Made by a program: the position numbers and the translations under genes. A DNA stretch of 63,236 nt, counting the filler, from Syncephalis fuscata S228 (taxonomy: Eukaryota > Fungi > Zoopagomycota): assembly GCA_025786725.1 (NCBI GenBank). It is 3 parts of 3 records of this genome, joined end to end, with 100 filler letters (N's around TTAATTAATTAA, not from the genome) between each part and the next. Parts side by side here need not be neighbours in the genome. Positions count along the whole stretch, not along the records: positions 23,540 to 45,960 come from JAHLTZ010000142.1; positions 46,061 to 63,236 come from JAHLTZ010000196.1; 1 more part is not named here. One strand, given 5' to 3'. The notes under the pieces were generated by a model, which saw only the letters and a program-made list of their open reading frames with translations, did not search any database and had not been told where the DNA came from. This document shows positions 40,035 to 54,337 of this stretch, one piece after another. The first letter of the stretch is position 1, and each line of letters opens with the position of its first letter.

Positions 40035-40518
40035 TGTTTTATAATAAAATTACTTTATTGTATTTAACAAGTGTATAAAATCATTTTGTATTGAACACTG
40101 TGTAATAATAATGTGTAGTTCTAATATCAATCATAATACTAGTCATTTAGTGTGATCTGTGTGATACTGTGTCATCCATTTTAACCAATTTATAACCATC
40201 ATCACACACGCATGCACCTTTGACCACGTTAACTTCTCTTTCATCTTTCCTTCATTCTTTCCCTTCTAGTAGCAACACTATTCTGGTATATAGGAGTGGC
40301 AGTATTGGGACCGTCATCTCATTACCTTTACTATTTCATTGACTTCTATTGACACAGTTCAACTGAACCCCTTAACTTGTCTCAAAGAATTGCAGCTAGT
40401 TACGCATTACACGCTGCTGGGCACGGTTGATGCCAACAATTTTACGCAAACACCGTCTCTTCATAGCTCGTCTCCACCATCAGTTATTACAGTACTATTC
40501 TATCATTAGTTTGTTACT

Positions 40519-41657
40519 ATGGCCGACCGAAACGCTTTATTGAGTCAAATTCAAAGGGGTAAAGCGTTGAAAGCAACGGTTACTAACGATCGCTCTGCAG
40601 CACAGCTGACAGGAAGTAAGTGCTAAGCTAAGCCGTAAGCAATACTGCTTGCTCGTGTATTTATCTATCTATCGACACTAACGAATGTATATTGACGACT
40701 ACTATTAGGCGTGGTGGGCGAGAGCGGTAGTGCTAAACCAGCCCGTGCTAAACCACCAGCAGCGGCGGCATCTACTGCACAAAGTAGTGGTAGTAGTGGT
40801 GCAGATACAGGTGCACCCGGACTAGGTGGATTATTTGCTGGTGGTATGCCAACACTAAAGCATAGAGGCGGTGTAGATACAGGACGAGGTATTAATGGCA
40901 ATGGCCACACGAATAATACACAGTGTAAGTTAATTAGTTAACTAATAATAACATTTTACTTACTTAATAATAGCAACAGCAGCACCACCATTAGCGACAA
41001 AGCCTAAAATAGCTACTGCACCTGTATTACCAACTCGCCCATCACCATCATTAACAACAACAACAGTGACATCACCACCATTACCGAACCGTCCTAGTGC
41101 AGCTGCACCACCGGCATTGCCGAGTCGAACACCACCAGCACTGCCTAATCGTAAACCAGCTGCACCGGTAGTACCACCACGTCAACCACCACCACGGCCT
41201 ACATCGCGTAAACCACCACCCCCACCCCCACCAGCAACCCATAAACCATCAGCACCTAATACAGCAGCTGCCAGTGCTCATCATGCACCGTCAGTCGCAC
41301 CTCATAGTGCTACTATAGCACCACCTGCCCGTGGTCTACCTGCTGCACCACATAGTGCACCACTACCTATCATTAAAGTGGCTAAAGTGGCAGTGGCACA
41401 TCCACCTGCTGTTGAAGGCCGATGGACATTTCCTGAATGGAATGCATTGCCTAAACCACGTGCTTACACACACACCGAGAAAAAAGACTATAAAAGCGAT
41501 ACACCCTGTGGTAATTATTTAATAATTGTATAAATGAATGGATACTAACTATATGGTTTATTTAACAGCCTATCCATTGGATTTAAATGCATTAGCCGCA
41601 CGGAATCCTCAACGACCACCACCACCACCACCATTTCATCATCATGTTCATCCATAG
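40519..41657 (+). CDS. VRP1: Verprolin/WIP-like WH2 proline-rich actin regulator
   Basis: DRNALLSQIQRGKALKATVTNDRSA; GLFAGGMPTLK; poly-Pro; GRWTF...LPKPR WASP-binding motif. Confidence 0.82.
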
Positions 41658-42239
41658 CGTTTATCATTCATACTATTATCATTGTAGTAAGTACAACCAA
41701 ATGTTTATATATATCTATATATCTGCATATTAATGAGAGTCTATTTAGGTTGGTCCATCTCCATACATCTATTCCTTGATTGCCCATCTTTTTTAAACAA
41801 TATTGACTGTAAAATGGAAAATATTTACACAATTGGTGTCAAAGTGTTCATTGTCAATGATCTATTACATATTACGTATTACATATAACTATTATTACTA
41901 TGGCTATAATACTAATTTCACTATTGCATATCAACATAATAACCATATAAACAAACAAATATGCGTGAGGAACAGAAAGAGATATACATTGGCCAATATA
42001 TATACTAGATGACAATCATAACTCAATTAGCCCTGATTCATGGTCAATACATGTCGCGTCTCCTATGCAAGTTGTATAGTGCAATATGTTGGCGATAGTT
42101 GTTACTGTTATTGCTGTTGTTATTGCTGCTACAATGACCAACTGACTATAGCATTCAGTCTAGTCATCGACCATTTGGACCTCAGTTACCAGTGGATCTA
42201 CAAGTGAGGATGGCGATGACAGATTTCTTGTACCTGTTG

Positions 42240-43383
42240 CTACATTCTCGTTAGTTGTTTTATTAGAGACTTCATTTGCTGTACTATCTTCCTCCTCTTC
42301 CTCTTCATCCTCTTCTCCTCTTCATTTTGTTCTACTTTTGTATCAACAGATTTTTGATCTTCTGTTCCAGCTGCTACACCTTCTCCTACTGTTGGAGGTG
42401 CATCTTCATCCATGGGTTGGTCTTCTTGAGGATCGCCTTCTTCTTCAGTGGTCGTATCTTCGGTATCACTTTCATAGATACCACGCCATGTACGCAACCA
42501 TCCCATATGCTGGCCTGCAGAACTACGTTCATTTACGGCAAATCCAAATATACGAGGTGTATATACTTGTGGGTGTGCTTTACCTGGCCAAGTAAAGCCG
42601 GTATACACCGAAAAGAATAGATGGGCAAATGTTGTACCGAAATAGGCACCTGTATATACAAGTGAATGCATGCACTGTTAATAAGTAGCATATACATTTA
42701 TGCTTAACTTACCATCGATATTTTGATGTCGAGCAGTGGGTGGATGATAGAGATCGCGACAACTTGGACAATATAGACGGACAGTGTCAACACGTGGCAT
42801 ATCGGCTCGACTGCATGGCAACATGGGTGTCTGCATACAATAAACGCGGGGACACTCGCCGAACTGTACTTGGTCATATTTATGCATCTAGATGGGCTAT
42901 TTATAAGTACACGGAATAGATGACATTCATCAATCACCATACCATAAGCTGCATGCCTTGTCGTGTTAAAATAAACCGTTGGTGAATAAGACCATAGAGT
43001 ATAGCAGCTGATGCCTCCACTACAGGTGCATCTGCTTCATTGATCAACTCATCTTCTATAAAAGGGTAGTGCAGCATATAGCCAGTTAGTCAATGCGCCA
43101 ATCTAATACATCCAACTTACCCGGTTCAATATCGAGAATCATCTCTAATGCTTCACGGTAATAAGGCACCATGCTATTGAGGCCGGTCAAGTTGAAGTCA
43201 TCTTCAATAAATTCCTCCTGTACTTCACAAAAGTAATCGTGTCCGGGTAGACTGCAGAACCAAGTGATCCAGGAGACATCTTCAGAACCTGACTCGTCGC
43301 TGCCATCCCAAACATCTATTGAGTGGAGGGAAACCGGTTCATTGGTTAGCAATTCATTCATTGCCATCTAGACCATGGAGCAT
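42240..43383 (-). CDS. Casein kinase II regulatory subunit beta
   Basis: [32 protein letters not shown]; FGECPRVYC...LYCPSC; DGAYFGTTF; YTPRIFGF; start approximate. Confidence 0.93.
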
Positions 43384-43956
43384 AGATAGTGTCGGTTCGG
43401 TTATTTATTCGCTATATATATATAGTGGTGTCTACTAATGCACAGACCACAGACCGAACCGACACGATCTACTACACGTCGTCGTCTTCTTTCTTTAGTA
43501 CTACTGTTATAGCCTACCTTCGTTTGCTTGGCTACCTGGAAATGCAGGCAATGCAGCCGGTCGGGCAAAGGACAATGTACCCGACCACATGCCCGAACAA
43601 CGTCACCAAACCGCGTCCAAACTATAATAGGACTATGTCAAAGAGAGAGATAGTGGAGTGAAGCGCAGTTATGATAATAATAGTGGAGTGAAATGAAGTA
43701 GAAGTAGAAGTAGCAGTAACAACAATGGTGACGGTAGTTTAATAAAGAAATACTACTATCAAATACGTTGAAGAGGCAGTTGTAGTTGTAGTAAGTAAGC
43801 AACAGTAGTAATAATAGAAAGAGAGATGGAATAAGTGATAGGTGGAAAAACACGTTTATAGTAACCAACTCGATTGTCTCTTTCCATAATTGCTCATTTG
43901 TTACGTATACCTGTTGACAAATATAGTCTATAAATTAATGTTGTTTTATTTGTTAT

Positions 43957-45960
43957 TTATTTGTTATTATTAATGGCATAGAAGCCATTATCTCGACATC
44001 CTATTAATACAGTAATAGGCGGCTGTTTTTCATCCGATTACTATTCGTGTTACTGTTATTGTATATACATATTGGTGAACTGAATACTTCACCAGGTAAT
44101 GTTATCCATAGATACAGTGTTCCTGATTGACCATCTACAGCAAATAGACGTCCATCAGTACTGGCTATAATAGCACACCACTCCTCTTTAGATGCATTAT
44201 TGCTAGAGCAGTGAGTTATTAGAAATGGTGATGCATAGACGGGTGTACGAGTAGACTGTGTGGTGTTGTGTTCAGTCGTTGGAATAGTAGCTTGCCATAT
44301 TAATGCACCGCTAGAAATAGAACAGCAGATTAAAGTACCAGCATGGCTACCAACTATAACATTATCGTGCCAGATACACGGTGAAGAGAATATAGGCCCA
44401 TGGCTATTATATCTCCATAGCTATTAAATACATTATTACTATTAATAGGATATAGCTATAGAATGTGTTACTTACAATACTGCCATCTTGTGAGGCAAAG
44501 CAATAAAGATAACCATTAGCACTGCCTATGAGTATTCGTTGACCGTCTGTAGCAAGGGCGGGTGAAGAGAAAAATGGTACTTTGTTATGGTTACTATCTT
44601 TAATAGCCGTTTTCCAATTAACAGTCATAGTAGAATAACCATGAGATTGGATATGATCAGCGTGAATAGCCCATAGTTCGCCACGTAAATTAGCCGTGAT
44701 TACCATACTAATTAATCATCAGTTATTATTATATAGCTAATTATATATATATATATATATATGAGTATCTACTTACCGATGCACTGTATCTATAATACAA
44801 CTGGAGAATAGTGGACTATTACAATCAAGTTTCCCTTCAAGTTGACACTCTTCTACATCGGGACAAATACGTAAACAATAAAGATGGCCATCGTGAGATC
44901 CAAACCATATACAACCATTAACCAGGTCTACGCAAGGTGATGATTTAATCATCGATCCAGTCTTGTATCGATTAACAATATGTCCGGTCAGTGCTCGTAT
45001 CACATAAAGACATTGATTGTAACAGCCTATAACTGTTTATTAATATACTATAATTGAAAAGTAATGCCTACCTATGATAATATATTCTCCACTATGTGTT
45101 AGACATCCAGTCGATTCAATTCGATCAGGTAATTCAATTTGCCAAATAATTGATCCTTGTTCTATATCAATGGCCATCAATAGACCAGCGTGTGATCCTA
45201 TCCATGCTACACCTCTATACAATATAAGTGATTACGTATAGTATGAGTAGCTACTTACTGTTGTTTTGATAAAGAGTAACGATAATAAGCCACAATAGGT
45301 GATGCGTCAATACACTTTTTTAAATCAATACGCCATTTAATAGAGTAGTTTGTTGAAAGTAATGCTGTAATAGATGGCCCACAAATACTAGATGTCCGTT
45401 GAATGATAGATTCTTTAATAAATAATGGTTTTTGTGTAGAATAATCATTGTTGATAGCGGTAGTAGTAATAGTAGTGTTGGAAGATGTATGTTTTTGATT
45501 TGTAGAAATAGCATCTTCAATGTTATCAGTATCATTGTTACTATTGCTATTGTGCAGATAAAGTAGTTTATGGTAGGCTGCTGATATAAATGTTGATATC
45601 GGTTTATGTAATAATATATTCAACAATCTAATTACAATGAATATAGTACGAACATTTATAATCAGTACTTACTTTCGTTGTTGATCTACTTTATCGGTAT
45701 GACAGTACTCTGAGGTATCCATTGCTCTATTTAGTAAGCAATTAATATGTCAACATTAAAGCTACTGTTAATCTACTTACCCACAATATGTGTATAATAC
45801 GTACAGCTTCTATAGAAGTACCACCCATGGCAACATAATAATTATCGGTCGTATTTGTTGTTACCAAATCCTTTTTATGTTGTAAATGGCTTAGTAATTG
45901 TAGTACATGTTCTTGTATATTATGCAATGTAATTGGATGCTTATTTTGTGTATGACTTGT
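43957..45960 (-). CDS. AASDH/ACSF4-like 3' part: carrier domain plus PQQ beta-propeller; 5' end lost in the gap
   Basis: YVAMGGTSIEA phosphopantetheine-type motif; KCIDASP, DRIESTG, IKSSP, FSSP repeats; GCRDN. Confidence 0.8.
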
Positions 45961-46060
45961 NNNNNNNNNNNNNNNNNNNNNNNNNNNNNNNNNNNNNNNN
46001 NNNNTTAATTAATTAANNNNNNNNNNNNNNNNNNNNNNNNNNNNNNNNNNNNNNNNNNNN
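45961..46060. other. Artificial contig linker
   Basis: N44-TTAATTAATTAA-N44. Confidence 0.97.
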
Positions 46061-47659
46061 ATTGTAAGTTTTATTATTTATAAATTAATTATGTTATTTA
46101 CTAATTGTACCAATTGTTTAATATAACAGATGGTAAGTGGCAGTGTGTATTAGCTGACTATAATTAACTATGCTATTTACTAACTATACCAATGTTTAAT
46201 ATTAATAGGCCGTAAGTTGTATTGTATATAATTGACTATAAATTAACTATACTATTTACTGATTGCATCGATATTTAATATTAATAGGATGTAAGTGGTA
46301 TTGTATATTAGTTGGCTGCATTAACTATGCTATTTACTAATTGTACTTATTTAATATTAATAGGGGGTAAGTGGTATTGTATATTAATTGACTATACATT
46401 AACTATGCTATTTACTGATTGTATTAATTATTTAACATTAATAGTTAGTAAGTTACATTGTATATTAACTGACTATATACTAACCATATACTATTTACTA
46501 ATGGTATTAATTGTTTAATATTAATAGGATGTAAGTAGTATTGTATATTAATTAACAATATATCAACTATGCTATTTACTAATTGTACCAATTGCTTAAT
46601 ATTAATAGGCGGTAAGTTGTATTTTTGACTTAATTAATTACTCACTAATCACATGCTACTTATTAATTGTATTAATTATTTAATATTAATAGCTCGTAAG
46701 TGATATTGTATATCAATTGACTACTCACTAATTACATGCTATTTACTGACTGTACTAATTATTTGATATTAATAGCTAGTAAGTGGTATTGTATATTAAT
46801 GGATTATACACTAATTATATACTATGTGTGTCAACAAACTAATATCAATAGAATGTAAGTTGTTATATATTAATTGATTACTGACTAATCATATTATGTA
46901 TTATGTATATTAACAACTTGATATAATAGGTCGTAAGTTGTATTGCGTACTTATTAGCTATTGACTAATTATATACCATGTATTGTGTATATCAACAACT
47001 CAATATAATAGAATGTAAGTAGTATTGTATATTAATTGACTATAAACTAATTACATGCTATTTACTGTGTATTAATGACTTAATATTAATAGCCTGTAAG
47101 TTGCATTGTATAGTACCTGACTATGCATTAATCACATTCAATCTATTATGTATATCAATATATCAATATTAATAGGCAGTAAGTGGTGATATTGTATATT
47201 AACTGACTATACATTAACTATGCTATTTACTGATTGTACCGATTATTTAATATCAATAGAATGTAAGTTATGTTGTACATTAATCGACTATGTACTAACC
47301 ACATGTTATTTACTGTGCATCCATTTAATATAATAGGCGGCAAGTTTTACTGTGTATTGATTGATTGTTGACTAATTATATAACATGTATTGTATACATC
47401 AACAACTTAATATTAATAGAGAGTAAGTTACATTATATATTAATTGGCCATAAACTAATTATATACTATGTACTGTATACGTTAACAAATTAATAGCTTG
47501 TAAGTTGTATTGTATATTGATTGACTATGCACTAATCACATACTATTTACTGTGTATATCGATATATTAATACTAATAGGCTGTAAGTATCATTGTATCT
47601 TAATGGCTTATATATTAATTATATGTCATGTAATATCTTTATTTGTAAATACAGGATAA
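46061..47659 (+). CDS. Microexon gene 2 (5'-truncated by the gap): Cys-rich peptide ...YGRWVRCAPKCQSCKCETC*
   Basis: 19 fully flanked 3-nt exons plus one at the gap edge: (ATT) ATG GCC GAT GGG TTA GAT GCG CTC CTA AAT GTC AAT CCT GCA AAT GCG AGA CTT GCT, then CAG|GA-TAA. Phase-1 join ends TGA TAA; one GC donor at 47340. Confidence 0.83.
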
Positions 47660-47967
47660 TCGATGGTCTCAAGACATTAGCATTGGTAGTGTAATCAAAC
47701 CACTATTCCAATACACTTTAGGTATATATTCGGTAAAAAGCAAGATCATTTGACAACTACGCCGTCCAGTCTATTTATATATCAAGTTTTGGCCAATGCT
47801 CCGGTTTATCCAGTCTTTAATCAATGGAATCATTATTTTACCAACAACTTTGCAACTGGTTGTCTCTATTCAACTATGCAAGCTTATAGTAATAAACCTA
47901 TGGTTCCATCTTAATTATATACAATCAAATTGCTATATTTATAATCATGTCCTATTTGCATCCAATG
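47630..47967 (+). other. Conserved last-intron end and 3' UTR of microexon gene 2
   Basis: Inverted paralog of 3142-3480. Confidence 0.85.
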
Positions 47968-49577
47968 CTTAACAGATTAGACTAGCACAAGTTATGTCAC
48001 TATATTATTTACAAATGATATAGATTATATATACCGTTGTTGAAAATGGGACATTAATACTGTTTATTATTTGCTTTGGCTGTGTAAGCTGCAACGAGAC
48101 AAGCAATGAAATATTGAATGTAATAACATTTATTTCATATTGTACATTTGTATATTATGCTATCAACTATAATGATATTTAAACAATTAATAAACTAAGT
48201 AAATATATTATGCAACAGTAAAAAAAAATAAAAATTATTATAAGATAGAAATTTTTAAACAATGATGCAAAGCAAATGCTATAAAATTGGTCGAGATATT
48301 GACTAATATACTATAGTCAGGATGGAATTGTAATTAAATAAGTTGAATATGAATTTAATTAATAGTACAAACAAGGTGTAATCAGTAAAAACAATATGTT
48401 TTCTTGGGTTTACGCTTACAGTTGCTTATTTCTATCCAAATGAAATTTAGGTTTTTTAACTTTTAAATAAAAAGAGTCCGCCGCGATTATCAAGAGTAAT
48501 TTTATTGTTTTTATTTATGAGTTTCTTGCTAAGCAGTAAAGCTTCATCTCCGCCACATCTAACTTGTGAAAATACACCATGTATCAACAAAGCATTTCCG
48601 AGTAATATAGGTTTGAATGTAGTTGTCATTAACATATTATTAGAGCGTGAATGCAAACAATACATTATAATACGGCCACTAGTTACTTAATCATAAGACA
48701 AAGTAAAAGCATTAGTAGCTAGTTATTTTTATTATCTGTTCATGGCAATATTAACGAATAATATAAAAAACAAAGCCTACGTTATATGTGTAAATCCAAA
48801 AAACAATTTAAGCTAAAACTACAAAGTATTTTCAAAATATCGTGACCGCTAGTGCTATTCATAAACATTGTGTAATAGAATATGTTGCAAAGGGAAGAAA
48901 AAAAGCAACACTCTGCTCTAAATAAGCCAATAATAAGCATTTAACCAAGTATATCTTCCATTTATAATCTAGAATTCTATATTAGTTTAGTTTAATGCAA
49001 TGCAGCCATAAGCAAATGTAAAAATAGTTCAATTTTTGACAGAATGACCTTAATTTACTAGTATTTCAAGTAGATTCAATCAACAGTGTTGATGATTTTA
49101 TATTTGGGTTGTAGCACACTATTGAAGGTTACAATGGTTCAGATGATAGCTGTATCAATACCAACGACCAAGGCCAACACACGTTCTTTATGATTTTGTT
49201 TAAAAGTATGCCACAATGCTATGCCACCTCTATTGACAGTGAATCAACACGGCGAATCAAGTTTCCTTTTATTTACTTGTTTGAATTGCCCAAAAGCATC
49301 AACAAAATATAATAAAACCTGCACACTAATCAATGAGCACTAATAGCTAGCCGCACAATGTTTGCTAATACGCTCGAAATTCTTTTTAAATACAGGTTTC
49401 ACATGCAGTCCACCAACCACCCATTAGTCCTTTCTCTTCTATTGTTCTATTGTTTTAAAGTGAAAGAAGAGGATCAGCGCATGGCATGGCCTATATAATA
49501 GCTCAATTGTAGTTCTAAATAGCCCTTTGACATTCAGTCGATATCTTTTAGTTTGTATTCATTTTTCAACCACCATC

Positions 49578-49977
49578 ATGATTTATGATAGTAAATCAAC
49601 AGAATCCATAATCCATGATATCAAGTCAGCAGAAGAGTTTAAAACCATAGTCCAGCAAAACGATGACCGCCGCATATTTGTTATCTTTTACATCACTTGG
49701 TTCGGCCATAACAAAAGAGCACTCTCGATTGCTGAATATGTAGCCAAAGAATGCAGAGACACTCTTTTCATTAAAGTCAATGCCGAGAAATTAGAGGTCT
49801 GTTTATTTCTATCAAACTACGAGAGTATTAAACTAAATGAATGCTTTTTAGACACTCGTCGATGCATATCATATTGATGGCTATCCTACAATGATGCTAC
49901 TAAAAAGCGGAACAAGGATCAACTATCCAGGACCATTTAGCTACGATCATATCAAGCGATTTATTAATATTCATTAA
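49578..49977 (+). CDS. Thioredoxin-fold protein lacking CXXC (2 exons)
   Basis: VIFYITWFGHN in place of WCGPC; FIKVN; IDGYPTMM cis-Pro loop; TATATAA at ~49492. Confidence 0.7.
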
Positions 49978-50140
49978 ATAAACTGAAATTTACTAGCCAC
50001 TATTCATTATACTACTTTTATTTGGACTGCAGTTGCAATTGATCGGTTAATATCATTTCCTTGTTGTTGGCACGAATCTTTTTTACGGCCATTCTTTCTT
50101 TCTTAGTCCCATTCTCGTCCTAGCTACCGTCCAGAAGACG

Positions 50141-50539
50141 ATGCACACACTCACCCGTCAAGAAGAGGAAAAGCTGTTGGAGGCCTTTCGGATCAAGGCA
50201 CGAAAGGCGTGCGATCCCGATATTAAAGGTAGTGGATGAATTTTATGGCAACTTGCTGCTTGCTCGTTACTGACTAGACGAATTCAATGTAGCCTTCGCC
50301 GCGTGTGCAGCTGGACGCACAGTCAGCGTGATATTTGCCTGTCGAAGCCTGCAAAAGCAAATGAACGCTTGTCTCAAGGCCTAGTAAGTAGACAAGTAGT
50401 GCGCCTCATTCCCTCTACATTTGCTTATGTATATAATAATCTTATTAGCGGTAAAAGTGGCGAATTGGAACGTATGAAGTTGGGGCGACTACAGGAGAAA
50501 CGCGCTGCTGCATCTGCTAATGGCATCAATCCTACATAG
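50141..50539 (+). CDS. CMC1: Twin CX9C cytochrome c oxidase assembly factor (3 exons)
   Basis: Spliced MHTLTRQEEE...KACDPDIK|AFAAC...VIFACRSLQKQMNACL. Confidence 0.75.
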
Positions 50540-50970
50540 TCAGTAGCAATAATAGCCACCGCAACAACGAGAAACTGAGCGGTAGATGTTTTAAATCACA
50601 TACATTTTATCATCGCTAGTAAAGAATCATGCTACTATATTCAAACAGATGTATAATGTTGTTTCATTAAAGGTCTCAATGGCGAAAAAGAAATGCCAAC
50701 CATTCATAAGACCAAGTAATAAAACTATGACCGGTCAACCTCAATCGAATTAGCCGTCGTCGTAATTTATCTGTATACAAGGCTTTAAATCGCGCAGTGC
50801 ATCCAATTGCCATCACTTTTACTCAACAGACTAGCAAACAAATCGATTTCTGTAACACATTACTATTACCACACCTGCCACAGCTCTTTCCACCAATTCT
50901 ACTTATAGTTGCTTTTATTGTTGTTATTGTTCATCTTTCTAGTCTCATTTCTTTACGTATTAAATCTCGA

Positions 50971-52611
50971 ATGTCGTACCGTAAATCTAATAACAAGGGG
51001 TCTAGAGATAGCGCTCAGTCAAATGGAATGACAACCTCGTCCACGCTAATACCCTCCGTATCGTCAGAATATGCAACGACAGCTGCCGTAACGCCTTCTC
51101 AAATAGTTAATGACGCGTTGTCATCATCGACAATGTCAAATACGTCTGGTTCAGCAAAAGACTTGGTGAAATCAGTGGCACAAATATCGCTTAACCAATG
51201 GCTATTGGTATTATCGTTGATTGCTGGTGGCTGTTGCAGTAATGTCTACACTATGGAAAAGATTATAAGGCAAGTATTAGACATATCATTGTGAATCATT
51301 AAACTTGTATTAACTATCACATTTAGTGGTGTACCAAAAAGCGGTAAATTTAAGAAAATATTTAATATAGTGTTTATTAATGGTAATCAATATAAATAGG
51401 TGATTTAGTAACATTTATGCAATTCTTATTTGTGGCTATCGAGGGATTTGTTGGACATTTCCAACCTTCACGCTATGGCCTGCTTAAACCACGAGCCGTA
51501 CCTATTAAGCGATGGCTGTATATGGTTGCTCTATTCTACACGCTGTCTATGTTAAATAATAGAGCTCTTGGCTATCAAATATCTATGCCACTCCATATTG
51601 TATTTAGATCAGGTGGTCTACTGGTCAATATGATATTTGGATGGTTATTGGCTGGAAAACGGTAAGTTATCTTATTAATTAAGTAGAAATGAGCCATTAA
51701 CTATAACAACGATTAGTTATACGTTAATGCAAGTTGGATCCATTATGCTAGTGACAGCTGGTGTAGTAATGGCCACGGTCTATTCTAATCTATCATCATC
51801 ATCATCATCCAAGGTAAGTAATTTGATATGTTAATTGAGTATACACTACTAACTAGGGACAATACTAGACGAGTGATGATAATGATGCATCCTACACCGA
51901 GTGGCTAATTGGCATTTCACTTTTAGTTATGGCTATGTTTTTTACCGCTGGTCTAGGATTATTACAAGAAAAAACCTATGCTACCTATGGCAAGCATTGG
52001 CAAGAATCAATGTTTTATGTGGTATGTTTGGCCAATCAATTCAAATAACATCCAGCTTATGTAAATATTCTCTCTATTTATTCATGTATAGCATTTTCTA
52101 TCTTTGCCCATTTTTTTCTTCGTAAGACATGATATGATGAAGCAATTTGAGGCATTAAGTGCCTCACCATTAATTGACTTACATCTATGGACACACATCT
52201 ATTTACCGGCATCCATCGCATCTATTACTAATCTAATTCTGCCTTCGGTAGCAATACCCGAGTTATGGATTTATTTAGCACTGAATATATTGACTCAGTA
52301 AGTAGTATAAAGTCTAGCATGGTCACTGCTAACAAATATATAGATACATCTGTATTAGTGGTGTTAATCGACTGACCTCCATTGCCTCCTCATTAACCGT
52401 CAATCTTATTTTAAATATTCGAAAAATGATAAGCTTACTATTATCGGTATGGATATTCGGTAATCAACTTGGATTGATGGCCAGTCTAGGCTGTGCTTTA
52501 GTGTTCTTAGGTACATTATTCTATTCTTATGCCGGTACTAAACAAAGCACTACCACCACCATATCATCATCCAATACAGCGACAAAAACTAAATTAGAGA
52601 AACAGCAATAG
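50971..52611 (+). CDS. YEA4: UDP-GlcNAc/UDP-xylose nucleotide-sugar transporter (SLC35B4 family)
   Basis: GGCCSNVYTME; ISMPLHIVFRSG; HWQESMFY; TQ|YICISGV; SLTVNLILNIRK. Confidence 0.9.
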
Positions 52612-52812
52612 TATAAATTAGCAGTGTTTGCACATAATCCTTATAATAAATCTAATGATGTCTAACATTGATGCGATTTAAACTATTTAATGTCTATAGC
52701 TAGTGTCATCATATCGATACATCTATCTACTATATTGTTATTATATTAATCCTTTGTAACAAATTCCATCTAATAGTTTATTGTACAATCGAGATAGTGT
52801 TAAAAAATAAAG

Positions 52813-54105
52813 TTAAGAGATCTCTGCTTCAATTTCATTTTCAAGCCAATCGTAATTATCATCATCCTCACTATTGCCATCGATATCGTCATGTTTCTTC
52901 TCTTCTACATCTTCCATAGCAGCTGCAATAGCATCATCCAAATCATCTATATTCATTTCATCGTTGTCATCTATTGGTGAGTTAATAGGAGGTGGTACTT
53001 TGGCAAGCATTGATTTAACTATGCTTGACTGGTCTCCTCGTGTCTTTTCTTCGTCGGAATCGCTAGTAGACTCGGAACCATCTCCATCTGAAGACGAATC
53101 GGAACTACCAGAACTAGAAGTGCCACTATCGGAAGATGTACCACTAATGTCGTCGTCATCATCATCCGAACTTGTAGAAGAGTAAATATCTGTATTGGCA
53201 GCCGTATTTGCTGGTTGTGCTATATTGCTAGTATTAACAGTAACTGGCGTGTAAATCGAAGGCTTTTGGTTCACTGAGCTGGGCAAGTGTCTAACTGTAT
53301 TTGATGAACTAGGCAGAACTGGGTCTACTTCAATAAAATCATCTTCAAAATCATCATTCAAAACAGGCGATGATTGTTTTATAGATGCATTCGACGCAGT
53401 TATAGGTCGTGCCTTGATTGCTTTCTTGGGTAATTTAATTGTTTCTTTGTTTGATTTTGTGGTAGCAGTAGTCGTAGCAGCGGTGGTGGCAGTCTGGCGT
53501 GTGGGTAACATAAGTGTTGTATTGCTTTCATTTTTGTTTTCTTCTGTTTCTTTGTTATTAGTGCTACTGTTGCTACTACGTGATGTAGATGCTGCATATT
53601 GAAACTGATAGACTTGTGGCTGATGTTCTAATGTAAACGACTATTATTATATATTATTAATAATTAACTATACAGAATATCAAAGATACACTTACATTGG
53701 TATCTGGATCAAATACAAGTAGACAATCAGTAGCGCGTGCATCGGCTCTTTTTCCAGTAAATTGCGGCCCGTTCTAAATCATAGCTCTATTAAATATCTA
53801 TCTATTACAACCAACTATGGTACTTACAGCATTAGCATCGCCCCAGCCTAGCAATGCATCGCCCGTCTTGTCATTGCATGATAAAGTGCCATTTCGAGCT
53901 GCCCCTGCTACTTGCTTATTATCTATGATGAATAAATATTATTATAGATCAGTATTAAAAAGACTCATTATTAAACGCAATGACTGTGCATACACTTTAA
54001 TATAACTAGATTGTCGGTATGTTTGTTTGGTGGTCCTGAAGAGTCGGTGAATGTGTCACTAATTATAACGTCAAAAGTGCCTTCGGTAGGCAGTGGTGCT
54101 TCCAT
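52813..54105 (-). CDS. ELL-associated factor (EAF domain) with acidic Ser-rich tail
   Basis: DCLLVFDPDT|NSFTLEH in exons near 53625-53740; low-complexity acidic C-terminus. Confidence 0.6.
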
Positions 54106-54337
54106 TCGTGTATTGATGCAAGTGTTGTTTTGAAAAGTGAAGTGGTAAAGAAGAAAGATTTGTAGTGGATGTCCGCCAATCATTGGATTCAAACTTAATA
54201 ACGATTTGAGCACACTGATGCGCTGACGTAGTCCATTTCTGTATATTTGTGTTCCCCAATACATTATTTATCGATATAGGACTTAGTACATGTATAATTT
54301 ATAAAGATTTTTGACAAGTTAAACGCAAACAGATATC

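Noticed and set aside
3142-47967. The two arrays and UTRs as terminal inverted repeats of one giant element
   Set aside because: They lie on different contigs separated by two linkers and are better explained as paralogous genes
47970-49400. Possible decayed element downstream of microexon gene 2
   Set aside because: No recognisable domain, terminal repeat or second copy in the window
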